64,000 bases of DNA from an uncultured Candidatus Saccharibacteria bacterium (GCA_964643135.1 CAZXPC010000001.1:39726-103725); one strand, 5' to 3'. Shown: positions 29,117 to 38,972, counted from the stretch's first letter. Made by a program: numbers and translations. Notes: generated by a model not told the origin, from the sequence alone.

Positions 29117-29842
29117 ATGTCGCCTGCGACCCAGACCACCACGACGCCGATCCGCAAGACCGTTGACGTCAGCGCCGAAGCGATCCGCGAGGACGCGATC
29201 AGCCAGTTCCGCGCGACCCAGAAGCAGCCGCAGTTCAAGGCCATCATCGGCCAAGTCCTGCCGGCCGGGACGCTCGAGAACATGAGCCGCTCGATCCAGC
29301 AGTCGCGCGCCAGCACGCTCACGGGCATCGTCGGCGTTCAGGAGGGCAACCTCCCGATCGTACTGCACCTGCCCAGCCACGTGCTCTCGCTCTGCGACCG
29401 CCTCGCGATCGCGAACGGCGGCAAGCTCGAGAACGTGCCGACCTGGATCAACCAGGTCCAGCGCCGCACCCCCTGGGCCATGATGCCCGAGGGGCAGCTC
29501 CAGGGAACGACCGACTTCGACCTCCAGGGCGTGCCGACCGTCAACATCACGACGGAGATCCGCACCTGCCAGGCCGAGAAGCGCAGCTTCCCGACGACCG
29601 AGCAGCTCGTCGACGCGATCAACGCCGCGCGGGCCAAGGCGCAGCACGACGACGAGGAGTTCGTCCTCGTCGGCAAGACGTTCCTCGCGTTCGGCGACAT
29701 CGCCGGCCAGGGCTACACGCCGACCATCACGGTCGGCGAGGACACCCAGACGCTCGGCCGCGTGCCGTTCGTCGAAGGCGAGGAGCTCGAAGACGAGGCC
29801 GTGCTCGCGAACTACGACACGGTCTACGGCTTCTCCAGCTGA
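29117..29842 (+). CDS. GC-rich orphan protein (start uncertain; ORF opens at 29057)
   Basis: Third codon positions almost all C/G; own promoter TTGACG(28871)..TATACT and 3' hairpin. Confidence 0.7.
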   Translation: MSPATQTTTTPIRKTVDVSAEAIREDAISQFRATQKQPQFKAIIGQVLPAGTLENMSRSIQQSRASTLTGIVGVQEGNLPIVLHLPSHVLSLCDRLAIANGGKLENVPTWINQVQRRTPWAMMPEGQLQGTTDFDLQGVPTVNITTEIRTCQAEKRSFPTTEQLVDAINAARAKAQHDDEEFVLVGKTFLAFGDIAGQGYTPTITVGEDTQTLGRVPFVEGEELEDEAVLANYDTVYGFSS

Positions 29843-29867
29843 ACCCGCCCCCGTGTGCGTCCCAATC

Positions 29868-29929
29868 GGACCTAGATTAAAGCAATAAGAGTCTTGCACT
29901 CTGAGCTAACAATCTAGGTCCACTTTTTT
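29868..29929 (+). terminator. hairpin plus T-tract
   Basis: GGACCTAGATT...AATCTAGGTCC then ACTTTTTT. Confidence 0.6.
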
Positions 29930-30006
29930 ACTCAAAAATATTGACTTAGATTTTCGCTGGTATAATATTATGTCGCGGGAGACATTCCGCTGTGAGGTAC
30001 GCAAAA

Positions 30007-30225
30007 ATGAAGACAGGAATTGTATTGGCACTGGGAGCAATGCTCGCGCTCACGTTCGTGACCATGGCCATTGCCCAGCCCGCTCAGGCTGAAGCAGGGA
30101 GAGTGTGCTATGTTGGTCCCACATGGATAGCTGACCAGCAGTACACGCAGGGCTGGGTCGCATGCTGTCCGGACGAGAGCGACCCTACCACCTGTGGTTA
30201 CGGCGGCTACTGGGTCAAGACCTAG
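30007..30225 (+). CDS. small secreted Cys-containing peptide
   Basis: Signal peptide ending AQA/AEA; mature part with 4 Cys and several Trp/Tyr; TATAAT at 29961. Confidence 0.6.
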   Translation: MKTGIVLALGAMLALTFVTMAIAQPAQAEAGRVCYVGPTWIADQQYTQGWVACCPDESDPTTCGYGGYWVKT

Positions 30226-30808
30226 TAGATCCAAAGGTCCACAATATCGACACGGTGTCTTTTTTCCTCTCACAACGCCCGAATGAAAGCTCTTAGAGCA
30301 ATTAAGTCGGGTTTATTTTTATCCGGCAATTTCTAAACGGCAAACGGCAACTCATTTTATAGGCGAGCGAGTTACTTTAGATCGGACTTCGAGCGCTGAT
30401 CTTTGTATTTCGGGGTGCCCCGTTGCGAAGCAATGGGGAGCGCAGCGACGGATGGCGAAGCGAAAACCGCAACGCGAGTTTGAGCGAGAGACTATCCGGT
30501 AAGCGAGCAGTTATCCACACCCATAACAATTTAAAGATGTTTTGGACAAGTTTTTTATCTTTCCACAGTTGACAGAGAGACGCACTCTAATATAGAATTA
30601 GAAACCTTAAGTCGCAAAGACTTAATCTTTGATAACTGTTGGAAATTTCGTTCATCTTTTGAGCGAGACGAAGTGAAAATTTTGATGCATACAAGAAGCT
30701 TGTACGCTGAAAAATTTTTGCAAAGTCGCAGCCAAAATATGGACGGAAGTGACAAAGTTGTTATCGAAGAATAAGTCTAAATATTAATTAACCAAATTTA
30801 GCAAAACT

Positions 30809-32008
30809 ATGGCAGAGAAAGCAAAATTTGAACGTACCAAACCGCACGTTAACGTCGGTACTATTGGTCACGTCGACCACGGCAAGACATCTCTTACCGC
30901 GGCTATTACTCACGTCCTTTTCTTGAAGGGCTGGGCGAAGAAAGAAGAAAAGGTTGACGACATCGACAACGCTCCGGAGGAAAAAGCTCGTGGTATTACT
31001 ATCGCGCTTCACCACTCTGAATACGAGTCTCAAAAGAGACACTACGCTCACATAGATGCACCAGGGCACGCTGACTACATCAAGAACATGATCACCGGTG
31101 CGGCTCAGATGGACGGCGCAATTTTAGTTGTGTCGGCTGCTGACGGCCCGATGCCTCAGACTCGAGAACACATTCTTCTTGCTAAACAGGTTGGAGTACC
31201 TGCCATAGTGGTATTCCTTAACAAATGCGACATGGTTGATGACCCAGAACTTATTGGTCTCGTTGAAGCCGAAGTCCGCGAACTTTTGACTAAATACGGT
31301 TTCCCAGGCGACACCACTCCAGTTATCCGCGGTTCAGCTGTTAAAGCTCTTGAAGCTAAGTCAGCTGACGACGCCGGTGCTAAGCCAATTCTTGAATTGG
31401 TTGAAGCTTTGGACAACTACATCCCAGATCCTAAGAGAGAAACTGACAAGCCGTTCTTGATGCCGATTGAAGACATCTTCTCGATTGAAGGCCGAGGTAC
31501 CGTTGTAACCGGCCGTGCCGAAAGAGGTATCTTAAAAGTTAACGACGAAGTTGAAATCATTGGTCTAAGGCCAACTCAGAAGACTATCGTTACCGGTATC
31601 GAAATGTTCAACAAGCTTTTGGATGAAGTCCAGGCTGGAGACAACGTTGGAATTTTGCTCCGAGGTTTGAAGAAAGAAGACGTTGAACGCGGCCAGGTTA
31701 TTTGTAAGCCAGGCGCTGTTACTCCGCACACTGAATTTGAATGTGAAATCTACGTTCTGACCAAAGAGGAAGGCGGCCGACACACTCCGATTTTCCCAGG
31801 CTACAAGCCACAGTTCTACATTAGAACTACGGACGTAACCGGTGAAGTTACTTTGGCTACTGGCACTGAAATGGTTATGCCAGGCGACACCGTTAAAGTT
31901 TCTGTTAAGCTTATCGCTCCAGTTGCGCTTGAAGAGAAACAGCGTTTCGCTATCCGAGAAGGCGGCAAGACCGTGGGTGCCGGCGTGGTCACTAAGATCA
32001 CTAAATAG
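30809..32008 (+). CDS. tuf: elongation factor Tu
   Basis: [35 protein letters not shown]. Confidence 0.99.
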   Translation: MAEKAKFERTKPHVNVGTIGHVDHGKTSLTAAITHVLFLKGWAKKEEKVDDIDNAPEEKARGITIALHHSEYESQKRHYAHIDAPGHADYIKNMITGAAQMDGAILVVSAADGPMPQTREHILLAKQVGVPAIVVFLNKCDMVDDPELIGLVEAEVRELLTKYGFPGDTTPVIRGSAVKALEAKSADDAGAKPILELVEALDNYIPDPKRETDKPFLMPIEDIFSIEGRGTVVTGRAERGILKVNDEVEIIGLRPTQKTIVTGIEMFNKLLDEVQAGDNVGILLRGLKKEDVERGQVICKPGAVTPHTEFECEIYVLTKEEGGRHTPIFPGYKPQFYIRTTDVTGEVTLATGTEMVMPGDTVKVSVKLIAPVALEEKQRFAIREGGKTVGAGVVTKITK

Positions 32009-32052
32009 CGCTTGACAGTTCGCTCCTAGTACATTAAATTCTACACACCAAT

Positions 32053-32379
32053 ATGGCAAAGACAGATACACAAATCGATAAGATCCGCTTGAGGATTAAG
32101 TCATACGACCACCGGTTGATTGACAACTCCTGCAAGCAGATCATCGAAACCCTGGAGAGGCACGATGCCAAAATCGTGGGCCCAATCCCATTGCCAACAG
32201 AATTTAAGAAATATACGGTGAACCGTTCGACTTTCGTTCACAAGGAATCCCGCGAACAGTTTGAGATGCGCATCCACAAGCGCGTGATCGACATCTTGAA
32301 CCCGGTCACAAAGATCATCGAATCCCTAAAAGATTTAAATCTTCCCGCCGGAGTCGACGTCGAAATCAAAATGGTATAG
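32053..32379 (+). CDS. rpsJ: 30S ribosomal protein S10
   Basis: [27 protein letters not shown]. Confidence 0.98.
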   Translation: MAKTDTQIDKIRLRIKSYDHRLIDNSCKQIIETLERHDAKIVGPIPLPTEFKKYTVNRSTFVHKESREQFEMRIHKRVIDILNPVTKIIESLKDLNLPAGVDVEIKMV

Positions 32380-32382
32380 AAC

Positions 32383-32405
32383 AAAGCTCCCCGAAAGGGG
32401 AGCTT
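32383..32405 (+). terminator. terminator-like hairpin after rpsJ
   Basis: AAGCTCCCC-GAAA-GGGGAGCTT. Confidence 0.7.
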
Positions 32406-32422
32406 CTGGTTATAATACAATC

Positions 32423-32536
32423 ATGCACAAACCCGAATTAATTCTTTTGCTGATAGCGCTCGTGATCCTTGGAGCCTATATTTACTTCTACCAAGGGCCG
32501 ATTACGATGCAGACAATCCACCGCTTCGGCTTCTAG
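32423..32536 (+). CDS. 37-aa single-TM microprotein (not in ORF track)
   Basis: MHKPELILLLIALVILGAYIYFYQGPITMQTIHRFGF; TATAAT at 32411. Confidence 0.5.
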   Translation: MHKPELILLLIALVILGAYIYFYQGPITMQTIHRFGF

Positions 32537-33171
32537 GACTTGGCCTGCTCGCCAACTTTGGATTTCCATTCTTTTATAAGGTCTTGAATGGCTGAGAGGC
32601 CCGCCGAATAAGTCGACATGATCTTTTCAACCCTTTCTCTTTCGCTTAGATTTAATGTATTGCCGATATCGATCATGCTTTTTTGCCGGTCGGTCAATAG
32701 TTTATTGGTTTTCTCTACTTCTTCAAGATAAATGGCCGCTATCCTCTCGGCTCTCTTCCGGTCGGCAATATCTCTGATATTGCACTGGATCATTTTAGTG
32801 CCGTCGATAGGGTATAAGTTGCTCACAAATTCTACTTCAACCACGTGTCCATCTTTGGCCTTGAGCGGCATATCTTCGTACCGGACATAGCCCTTGTCTT
32901 GGAGTTCTTGGAAGACTGTCTTGCTCTCAGCAATGTCTCTAAAAGCGCCAAGCTCATAAAGTTTTTTTCCGACTACTTCCTCGAGAGAGTAGCCTATTAA
33001 TTTGAGCAAAAAAGGATTGGCGTCGATGATCTTCTCTGTCAGCGGGTCGATAAGGAAAATGCCGTCTTGGGCCATCTCAAAAAGCTTCCTGAATTTTATT
33101 TCGGAGATCTCGAGCTGATGGCGCATTTCTTCCGCCGTAATATTAGGATTGCTGGTGATCTTATTCTCCAT
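32533..33171 (-). CDS. stand-alone PAS-domain protein
   Basis: FRKLFE.AQDGI..IIDANP..GYSLEE..KDG..VE..CNIRDI.DRKRAE; no output domain. Confidence 0.85.
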   Translation of the reverse strand: MENKITSNPNITAEEMRHQLEISEIKFRKLFEMAQDGIFLIDPLTEKIIDANPFLLKLIGYSLEEVVGKKLYELGAFRDIAESKTVFQELQDKGYVRYEDMPLKAKDGHVVEVEFVSNLYPIDGTKMIQCNIRDIADRKRAERIAAIYLEEVEKTNKLLTDRQKSMIDIGNTLNLSERERVEKIMSTYSAGLSAIQDLIKEWKSKVGEQAKS

Positions 33172-33226
33172 CGTGACTTGGGAATGATTATACCAAGAAT
33201 CAAGGGGGGGGCATAGAGGCAGGGTG

Positions 33227-33255
33227 TTGACAAGAAAATAAGTATCGTCTATTAT
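33227..33255 (+). promoter_or_regulatory. sigma70 promoter of the rplC operon
   Basis: TTGACA-N17-TATTAT. Confidence 0.75.
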
Positions 33256-33319
33256 GTATCCACTTGAGAAAACCTAACGAAAGCGGGCGCGACCCCTTAC
33301 GGGGTTTTTCTTTATCAAG

Positions 33320-33404
33320 AACAGATAACGCATAACTGATAACAAATAACAGAAAAGAAGCGAAAGCCAATTGTTATGAGTTATAAGTGATTAGTTATAA
33401 GTTA
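33320..33404. repeat. TAAC/GTTA element, copy 3 (rplC leader)
   Basis: TAACGCA TAACTGA TAACAAA TAAC...GTTATGA GTTATAA GTGATTA GTTATAA GTTA. Confidence 0.85.
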
Positions 33405-33409
33405 AATTT

Positions 33410-33847
33410 ATGAAAGGACCATACGTCAAAGCCAAAAAGTTAACGATGAGCCAAATCTGGCAAAACAACCGCGTTGTTCCGGTAACTTATATTGAAATTT
33501 TGGATAAGCCCGAAGGATGGGATTTGAAGGTCGGTGATCTATTAAAAGTAACCGGTACAACTAAAGGTAAGGGTTTCCAAGGCGTAGTTAAGCGCCATGG
33601 CTTCGGCGGCGGTCCGTCGACTCATGGTCAAAAGAACCGGCAGAGAATGCCTGGTTCAATCGGTAATACGACTCCTCAGAGAGTGCTTCCAGGCCGCCGT
33701 ATGGCCGGACACATGGGCGTTGAAACTCACACTATCAAAAATGTAGTTTTGGTTGAATTGGCCGAAGACGGCAAGAAAGGGGCAGTTAAAGGCGCTATCC
33801 CGGGCTGGAGGAACAAGACTATTAAAATTCGCAAATCCCAGAGTTAA
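33410..33847 (+). CDS. rplC: 50S ribosomal protein L3 (short form)
   Basis: KGKGFQGVVKRHGF, PGSIG, GRRMAGHMG. Confidence 0.95.
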   Translation: MKGPYVKAKKLTMSQIWQNNRVVPVTYIEILDKPEGWDLKVGDLLKVTGTTKGKGFQGVVKRHGFGGGPSTHGQKNRQRMPGSIGNTTPQRVLPGRRMAGHMGVETHTIKNVVLVELAEDGKKGAVKGAIPGWRNKTIKIRKSQS

Positions 33848-33858
33848 ATATATTAGAT

Positions 33859-34542
33859 ATGAAAGCTGATTTATACAATGTAAAGGGAGCCAAGACCGGC
33901 ACGGTAGAATTACCGGAACGAGTTTTTGGCCGCAAGTGGTCAGCTCAGTTGGTTCACCAGGTTTTGGTTGGCCAGATTAAGAATTCCCGCCAGGTTTTGG
34001 CGCACGCTAAGGGGCGAGATGAAGTTCGCGGCGGCGGCAAAAAGCCTTGGGCGCAGAAGCACACCGGTCGCGCCAGGCACTCATCTATTAGATCTCCGCT
34101 TTGGAAGGGTGGTGGCGTGGCTCATGGTCCATCAAAAGATGTTAATTTCTCGGTTAAGGTTAATAAGCGCATGAAACAGGCTGCGATTTTTGCCGTGCTC
34201 TCACGCAAATTGAAAGATGGCGAAATCAAGATTGTTGAATCTTTGGGTATTGAGGCTCCTAAGACGAAGAATGTGGCAGAGCTATTAAAGGCATTAGGCG
34301 GAGCGACCAAAGTAGTCGTTGGCAGCCATCTTCTGATTCCGGACTTGACCAATAAGAATATTTTTAAGGCATCAAGAAATATTCCGAAAACTAAAAGTTT
34401 GAGCCCAAAGGCTTTGAACGTTTACGACTTAATGAGATACAAGAGTATTTTGTTAGATCGATCAGCTGTCGCCGCAATCGATTCTACCTACACCGATGGA
34501 GTTGAGAAAAAAACCGTCAAGGAAACCGCTAAGTCTAAATAA
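33859..34542 (+). CDS. rplD: 50S ribosomal protein L4
   Basis: EVRGGGKKPW.QK.TGRAR, SPLWKGGG. Confidence 0.97.
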   Translation: MKADLYNVKGAKTGTVELPERVFGRKWSAQLVHQVLVGQIKNSRQVLAHAKGRDEVRGGGKKPWAQKHTGRARHSSIRSPLWKGGGVAHGPSKDVNFSVKVNKRMKQAAIFAVLSRKLKDGEIKIVESLGIEAPKTKNVAELLKALGGATKVVVGSHLLIPDLTNKNIFKASRNIPKTKSLSPKALNVYDLMRYKSILLDRSAVAAIDSTYTDGVEKKTVKETAKSK

Positions 34543-34544
34543 AA

Positions 34545-34802
34545 ATGAAATCCGATTTTGCATTCATAATCAAAAAGCCGTGGATCAGCGAGAAATCGAC
34601 TGCTTTGTCGCAGGCCGGCAAGTATGTCTTTTTGGTTGACCCGACCGCTAAAGCCGCGCAGATTAAGCAAGCGATTGAGAAGATTTACAAGGTCCACGTG
34701 GTGAAGATGAATGTTATTAATACTAAAAAGAGCGGAGTTATAACCAAGAAAGCGATTGTGATGCTGAAACACGGCGAGAAATTAGATGTAATGCCTCACT
34801 AA
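34545..34802 (+). CDS. rplW: 50S ribosomal protein L23
   Basis: P.ISEKS, KKAIV.L; position in operon. Confidence 0.95.
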   Translation: MKSDFAFIIKKPWISEKSTALSQAGKYVFLVDPTAKAAQIKQAIEKIYKVHVVKMNVINTKKSGVITKKAIVMLKHGEKLDVMPH

Positions 34803-34803
34803 T

Positions 34804-35646
34804 ATGAAACACTATAAGCCATATACAAAGCAGAGAAGGCACATGACAACCGTTGATTACTCGGTCTTGTCAGATGTGAAGCCGATGAAGCGAGCGACTT
34901 ATGATTTAAAGAAGAACATGGCGCGCAACAACCAAGGCCGAATTACCGTGCGTCATCAGGGTGGTGGCGTGAAGAGGCTCTACCGAGAAGTCGACTTTGG
35001 CCAGACCAAGCTTAATGTTCCGGGCCGAGTTGAACACTTGGAATATGATCCATACAGGACATCTTTTATCATGAGGGTGGTCTTTAAAGACGGCGACAGG
35101 AGATATATGATCGCTCCAAATGGCGTTAAAGTCGGTGACCCAATCTTGATTGCGGAAAACGCCGCACTGACTCTGGGCAATCGTTTGCAATTAAAGAATT
35201 TCCCGATTGGCTATTTGGTGCACAATGTTGAGATCAACCCCGGTAAAGGAGGCCAAATTATCCGTAGCGCCGGTGGAGAAGCTCAAGTTTTGGCTCATGA
35301 ACACGGCTACACCCACTTGAAGATGCCGTCAGGAGAAATCAGGAAGTTTTTGTGGACTAACTATGGCTCCATGGGCAAGGTTTCTAATCCAGACTGGAAT
35401 TTAACCGTTATCGGCAAGGCCGGACGATCAAGAATGATGGGCATTAGGCCGACCGTCCGAGGCTCGGCGATGAACCCGGTTGACCACCCATACGGAGGAG
35501 GTGAAGGTGCACAGCCGCGAGGAACCCGCAAGCCGAAAACGATGTGGGGTAAGGTCGTGGGCGGAGTTAAGACCCGAAACCGCAAGAAGTGGTCGAATGA
35601 TTTAATCGTTCAGAGGAGAGTCAGCGTGAGAGCGAAGAAAGATTAA
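34804..35646 (+). CDS. rplB: 50S ribosomal protein L2
   Basis: GRITVRHQGGG, EYDP, MNPVDHP.GGGEG. Confidence 0.98.
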   Translation: MKHYKPYTKQRRHMTTVDYSVLSDVKPMKRATYDLKKNMARNNQGRITVRHQGGGVKRLYREVDFGQTKLNVPGRVEHLEYDPYRTSFIMRVVFKDGDRRYMIAPNGVKVGDPILIAENAALTLGNRLQLKNFPIGYLVHNVEINPGKGGQIIRSAGGEAQVLAHEHGYTHLKMPSGEIRKFLWTNYGSMGKVSNPDWNLTVIGKAGRSRMMGIRPTVRGSAMNPVDHPYGGGEGAQPRGTRKPKTMWGKVVGGVKTRNRKKWSNDLIVQRRVSVRAKKD

Positions 35647-35682
35647 GACCAACGAGCAACCTACGAATAAAAATATAAATCC

Positions 35683-36024
35683 ATGAGCAGAAGTTCAAAA
35701 AAAGGACCATACGTAGACCCAAGACTGATCAAGAAACTTAGCGCGGCCAGTAAAGATGGCAAAGGCGCGAAGACAGTTATTAAGACTTGGTCAAGGGATT
35801 CGGAAATTTCTCCGGAAATGATCGGCTATACTTTCGGCGTCCACAACGGCAAGGATTTTATCGAGGTTTTCGTAACCGAAGAGATGATCGGCCACAAGCT
35901 CGGCGAATTTTCTCTGACACGCAAGTTTATCAGACACGGCGGCAAGATCCAGAAAGATTTGGAAATAAAGGCGAAAGAAGCTGAAAAGGCAACCGCCGTA
36001 GCGGCTAAAACTGGCGGCAAGTAA
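35683..36024 (+). CDS. rpsS: 30S ribosomal protein S19
   Basis: KTWSR, VHNGK, GHKLGEF. Confidence 0.98.
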   Translation: MSRSSKKGPYVDPRLIKKLSAASKDGKGAKTVIKTWSRDSEISPEMIGYTFGVHNGKDFIEVFVTEEMIGHKLGEFSLTRKFIRHGGKIQKDLEIKAKEAEKATAVAAKTGGK

Positions 36025-36035
36025 TATTTAAATAT

Positions 36036-36533
36036 ATGCAACAAGCAACGGCAAAATTAAGTAACCTGAGTATCACCCCGCGTAAAGTGAGGTTATTGGT
36101 TGATGTGATCCGCGGCAAGCATGTTAACGCCGCCTTGGCTCAGATTCAGATGGCTAATATCCGCCCGGCCGATGCTATTAAAAAGCTGCTGCTTTCAGCT
36201 ATTTCTAACGCCAAAAATCAGAAAATGGACGTGAATAAACTTTACGTTAAGACGATTATGGTCAACACCGGACCGATGCTGAAGCGCTTTTTGCCCCGCG
36301 CGCGCGGATCGGCGACCGAACTTCAAAAGAAATACAGCCACGTGATTGTAGTTTTAGCTGAATCTGATACAGTAAAAGCTCCAAATTATTTGATCTTGGC
36401 AAAACCGAAAAAGAACAAAAAACCGGTTAAGGAAACGACCAAGAAAGAGAAACCGAAAAAAGAAGCTGAAGAAAAGATCGGCGGCGAAAAGAAAGGCTTC
36501 GTCAAGCAAATATTCAATAGAAAATCAGTATAA
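36036..36533 (+). CDS. rplV: 50S ribosomal protein L22 with Lys-rich C-terminal extension
   Basis: PRKVRL, SAISNA, KRFLPRARG. Confidence 0.97.
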   Translation: MQQATAKLSNLSITPRKVRLLVDVIRGKHVNAALAQIQMANIRPADAIKKLLLSAISNAKNQKMDVNKLYVKTIMVNTGPMLKRFLPRARGSATELQKKYSHVIVVLAESDTVKAPNYLILAKPKKNKKPVKETTKKEKPKKEAEEKIGGEKKGFVKQIFNRKSV

Positions 36534-36547
36534 GCTAATTAATCACT

Positions 36548-37243
36548 ATGGCACGAAAAGTTAACCCAAATGTATTCAGGCTAGGCATTAATCGGACATG
36601 GGACTCCCGGTGGATTAACTTACGAAACATGAAAACGTGGCTCGCCGAAGATGAGGCTATTCGCGAGATCATTATGAAAAAGATCGGTTTGGCCGGCATC
36701 TCTAGAATCGAGATAGAGCGAACGGGGGACCGATATAAGATATTCATTAAGGCCGCCAAACCAGGTATTATTATCGGCCGCGGCGGCAAGGGTATCGAAG
36801 ACCTGACCAAGCTCCTCGAGAAATCGATCAAGGGACGCGTGGCTTTGAGCCTGAACGTTGAAGAATTGAAAAGGACCGAGGTGTCGTCATACGTTATTGC
36901 GCAGAACATTGCATGGGATTTGGAGAAGAGAATGAGGTACCGCCGGACGATCAAGAAGTATCTTGATATGGTTATGCAAAATCGAGACGCCAAGGGCTGC
37001 AAGATCGCTGTTTCAGGCAGGCTTGACGGCAATGAAATCGCGCGCGGCGAGCACTTGTCTAAGGGTAAATTGCCTTTGTCGACCTTACGAGCCAACATCG
37101 ATTACGGAACCGCTACGGCTATAACTGCCATGGGAACGATCGGTATTAAGGTTTGGATTTACAAGGGAGAAATCTTTGCTAAACAAATAACTGATAACAA
37201 ATCACGAATAACAAATACAAAAACAGAGAATCAGTCGTTATAA
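36548..37243 (+). CDS. rpsC: 30S ribosomal protein S3
   Basis: KVNP..FRLG, PGIIIGRGG, LSTLRANIDY, GIKVWI. Confidence 0.98.
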   Translation: MARKVNPNVFRLGINRTWDSRWINLRNMKTWLAEDEAIREIIMKKIGLAGISRIEIERTGDRYKIFIKAAKPGIIIGRGGKGIEDLTKLLEKSIKGRVALSLNVEELKRTEVSSYVIAQNIAWDLEKRMRYRRTIKKYLDMVMQNRDAKGCKIAVSGRLDGNEIARGEHLSKGKLPLSTLRANIDYGTATAITAMGTIGIKVWIYKGEIFAKQITDNKSRITNTKTENQSL

Positions 37244-37268
37244 GTTATCTGTTATAAGTAATAAGTTA
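37181..37268. repeat. TAAC/GTTA element, copy 4 (overlaps rpsC 3' end)
   Basis: TAACTGA TAACAAA TCACGAA TAACAAA...GTTATAA GTTATCT GTTATAA GTAATAA GTTA. Confidence 0.85.
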
Positions 37269-37275
37269 AAAAAAC

Positions 37276-37695
37276 ATGTTAGTCCCAAAGAAAGTAAAAC
37301 ACAGGAAGTGGCACAAAGGCCGATCGAAGTCGAGGCTTGTTGAAACACGCGGCACGAGCTTGGCTTACGGCAGCTACGGTTTGCAGGCCACTCAGCCTTT
37401 TTGGCTTAATTCCAGGCAGATCGAGGCGGGACGCCGAACGATCACCAACTTCGTTAAGCGCGGCGGCAAGATCTGGATTCGCGTTTTCCCGGATAAGCCG
37501 GTAACAAAAAAGCCGCCTGAAGTTACTTTGGGAGGAGGTAAGGGTGCGGTTGACCGATACGTTTTCCCGGTCCGACCAGGTAGAATAATTTTCGAAATGG
37601 ATGGAATTCCAGAAGAAACCGCCCGCGAGGCTTTGCGATTGGCCGGCCACAAGCTGCCTTTTACCACCAGGTTTGTTAAAAAGGGACAGTTGTAA
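37276..37695 (+). CDS. rplP: 50S ribosomal protein L16
   Basis: RQIEA.R, IWIRVFPDKP. Confidence 0.98.
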   Translation: MLVPKKVKHRKWHKGRSKSRLVETRGTSLAYGSYGLQATQPFWLNSRQIEAGRRTITNFVKRGGKIWIRVFPDKPVTKKPPEVTLGGGKGAVDRYVFPVRPGRIIFEMDGIPEETAREALRLAGHKLPFTTRFVKKGQL

Positions 37696-37708
37696 AAAAC
37701 AATTGACT

Positions 37709-37909
37709 ATGAAAAAGAACGAAATTAAAAAACTTAAGGAACGAAACACGGCTGATCTGAGCAAAGATCTTCATGAATCGCGCGAGCACTTGAGGGTACT
37801 GAAATTCGAACTGGCCCAGGGCAAGATCAAGAACGTGCGTTCAATCAACGAAACCAAGAAAAAGATCGCGAGGATCTTAACATTCATCAAGTTGCAACAT
37901 GGCAAATAA
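37709..37909 (+). CDS. rpmC: 50S ribosomal protein L29
   Basis: KKIARILT; between rplP and rpsQ; start moved to ATG 37709. Confidence 0.92.
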   Translation: MKKNEIKKLKERNTADLSKDLHESREHLRVLKFELAQGKIKNVRSINETKKKIARILTFIKLQHGK

Positions 37910-38174
37910 AGAAATACAACACAGACAGCTAGAAGGAATCGTCACGTCTGACAAGATGATGAAGACGGTTGTGGTCGCAGTTTCCAGAACGACCGTGCAC
38001 CCGAAGTATCACAAAAGATACACTGTGACGACCAAATTCAAAGCTCACAGCGAGGATAACGAATACAAGGTGGGCGACCGCGTCGTAATCGAGGAGACCA
38101 GGCCGATGTCGAGAGACAAGAGATGGAAAGTCGTAAAGCTCATCGCCAAGGCCGCTCTGGCTCAGGCTGAGTAA
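37899..38174 (+). CDS. rpsQ: 30S ribosomal protein S17
   Basis: SDKM.KTVVV, HPKY, ETRPMS..KRW. Confidence 0.97.
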   Translation: MANKEIQHRQLEGIVTSDKMMKTVVVAVSRTTVHPKYHKRYTVTTKFKAHSEDNEYKVGDRVVIEETRPMSRDKRWKVVKLIAKAALAQAE

Positions 38175-38198
38175 AAGAAATCAGAATAAATACTAACC

Positions 38199-38567
38199 AT
38201 GATACAAGAAAGGTCCATACTAAAAGTAGCAGACAACTCCGGCGCTAAAACCGTTCGCTGTTTCAGGGTGCTGGGCGGCAGCCGCAAGAGGTATGCTCAC
38301 TTGGGCGAGATCCTGATCGCTTCCGTTCAGGTGGCTGAGCCGAGAAAAGCGGTTAAAAAGAAGGACGTAGTAAAGTGCGTCGTGGTCCGAACCAGGAACC
38401 CGATTCGCCGGCCCGACGGCAGCTACTTGAGGTTTGATGAGAATGCTGTAGTATTGATCGACGAGAAAAAGGAACCGAAGGCGACTCGCGTGTTCGGCCC
38501 GATCCCGAGGGAGATCAAGCAGTTCGGCTATGACAAAATAATTTCGCTCGCCGAAGAAATTGTGTAG
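38199..38567 (+). CDS. rplN: 50S ribosomal protein L14
   Basis: VADNSGAK, FDENAVV, KIISLA. Confidence 0.98.
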   Translation: MIQERSILKVADNSGAKTVRCFRVLGGSRKRYAHLGEILIASVQVAEPRKAVKKKDVVKCVVVRTRNPIRRPDGSYLRFDENAVVLIDEKKEPKATRVFGPIPREIKQFGYDKIISLAEEIV

Positions 38568-38570
38568 GCG

Positions 38571-38660
38571 AAACAAATAACTAATAACCAATGACTAATA
38601 ACAGAAACACAATAAATCAGCCCAACCCCTTATTCGTTATGGGTTATAAGTTATAAGTTA
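38571..38660. repeat. TAAC/GTTA element, copy 5 (rplN-rplX)
   Basis: TAACTAA TAACCAA TGACTAA TAAC...GTTATGG GTTATAA GTTATAA GTTA. Confidence 0.85.
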
Positions 38661-38666
38661 ATTCAC

Positions 38667-38972
38667 ATGAACATCCTAAAAGGCGACAAAGTAATGATCA
38701 TGAAAGGCAAGGATCGCGGCAAGTCCGGGAAGGTTCTTAGCGTTACGCCCGGCAATAATACCCTCGTCATCGAGAACCTGAACCTATACAAGAAATCGGT
38801 GAGGCCGAAAAAGCAGGGCGAGAAAGGCAGTATTATTGATTCGCCCCGGCCAGTCAGATTGGATAATGTCATGCTCGTTTGCTCTTCCTGCGGCAAGCCT
38901 GCTAGGACTGGCAGAAAGGTCAACAAGGATAAAAAAGAAAGATATTGTAAAAAATGCAACGCTATCGTTTAG
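38667..38972 (+). CDS. rplX: 50S ribosomal protein L24
   Basis: KOW motif KGD.V....GKDRGK.G. Confidence 0.96.
   Translation: MNILKGDKVMIMKGKDRGKSGKVLSVTPGNNTLVIENLNLYKKSVRPKKQGEKGSIIDSPRPVRLDNVMLVCSSCGKPARTGRKVNKDKKERYCKKCNAIV

Noticed and set aside
29051-29899. 282-aa minus-strand ORF
   Set aside because: Antisense shadow of the GC3-rich plus-strand gene, which has the promoter and terminator
30511-30568. DnaA box TTATCCACA plus a near match as oriC
   Set aside because: Only one perfect box and no dnaA/dnaN nearby; at most a promoter-associated site (a one-mismatch box also lies at 4601)
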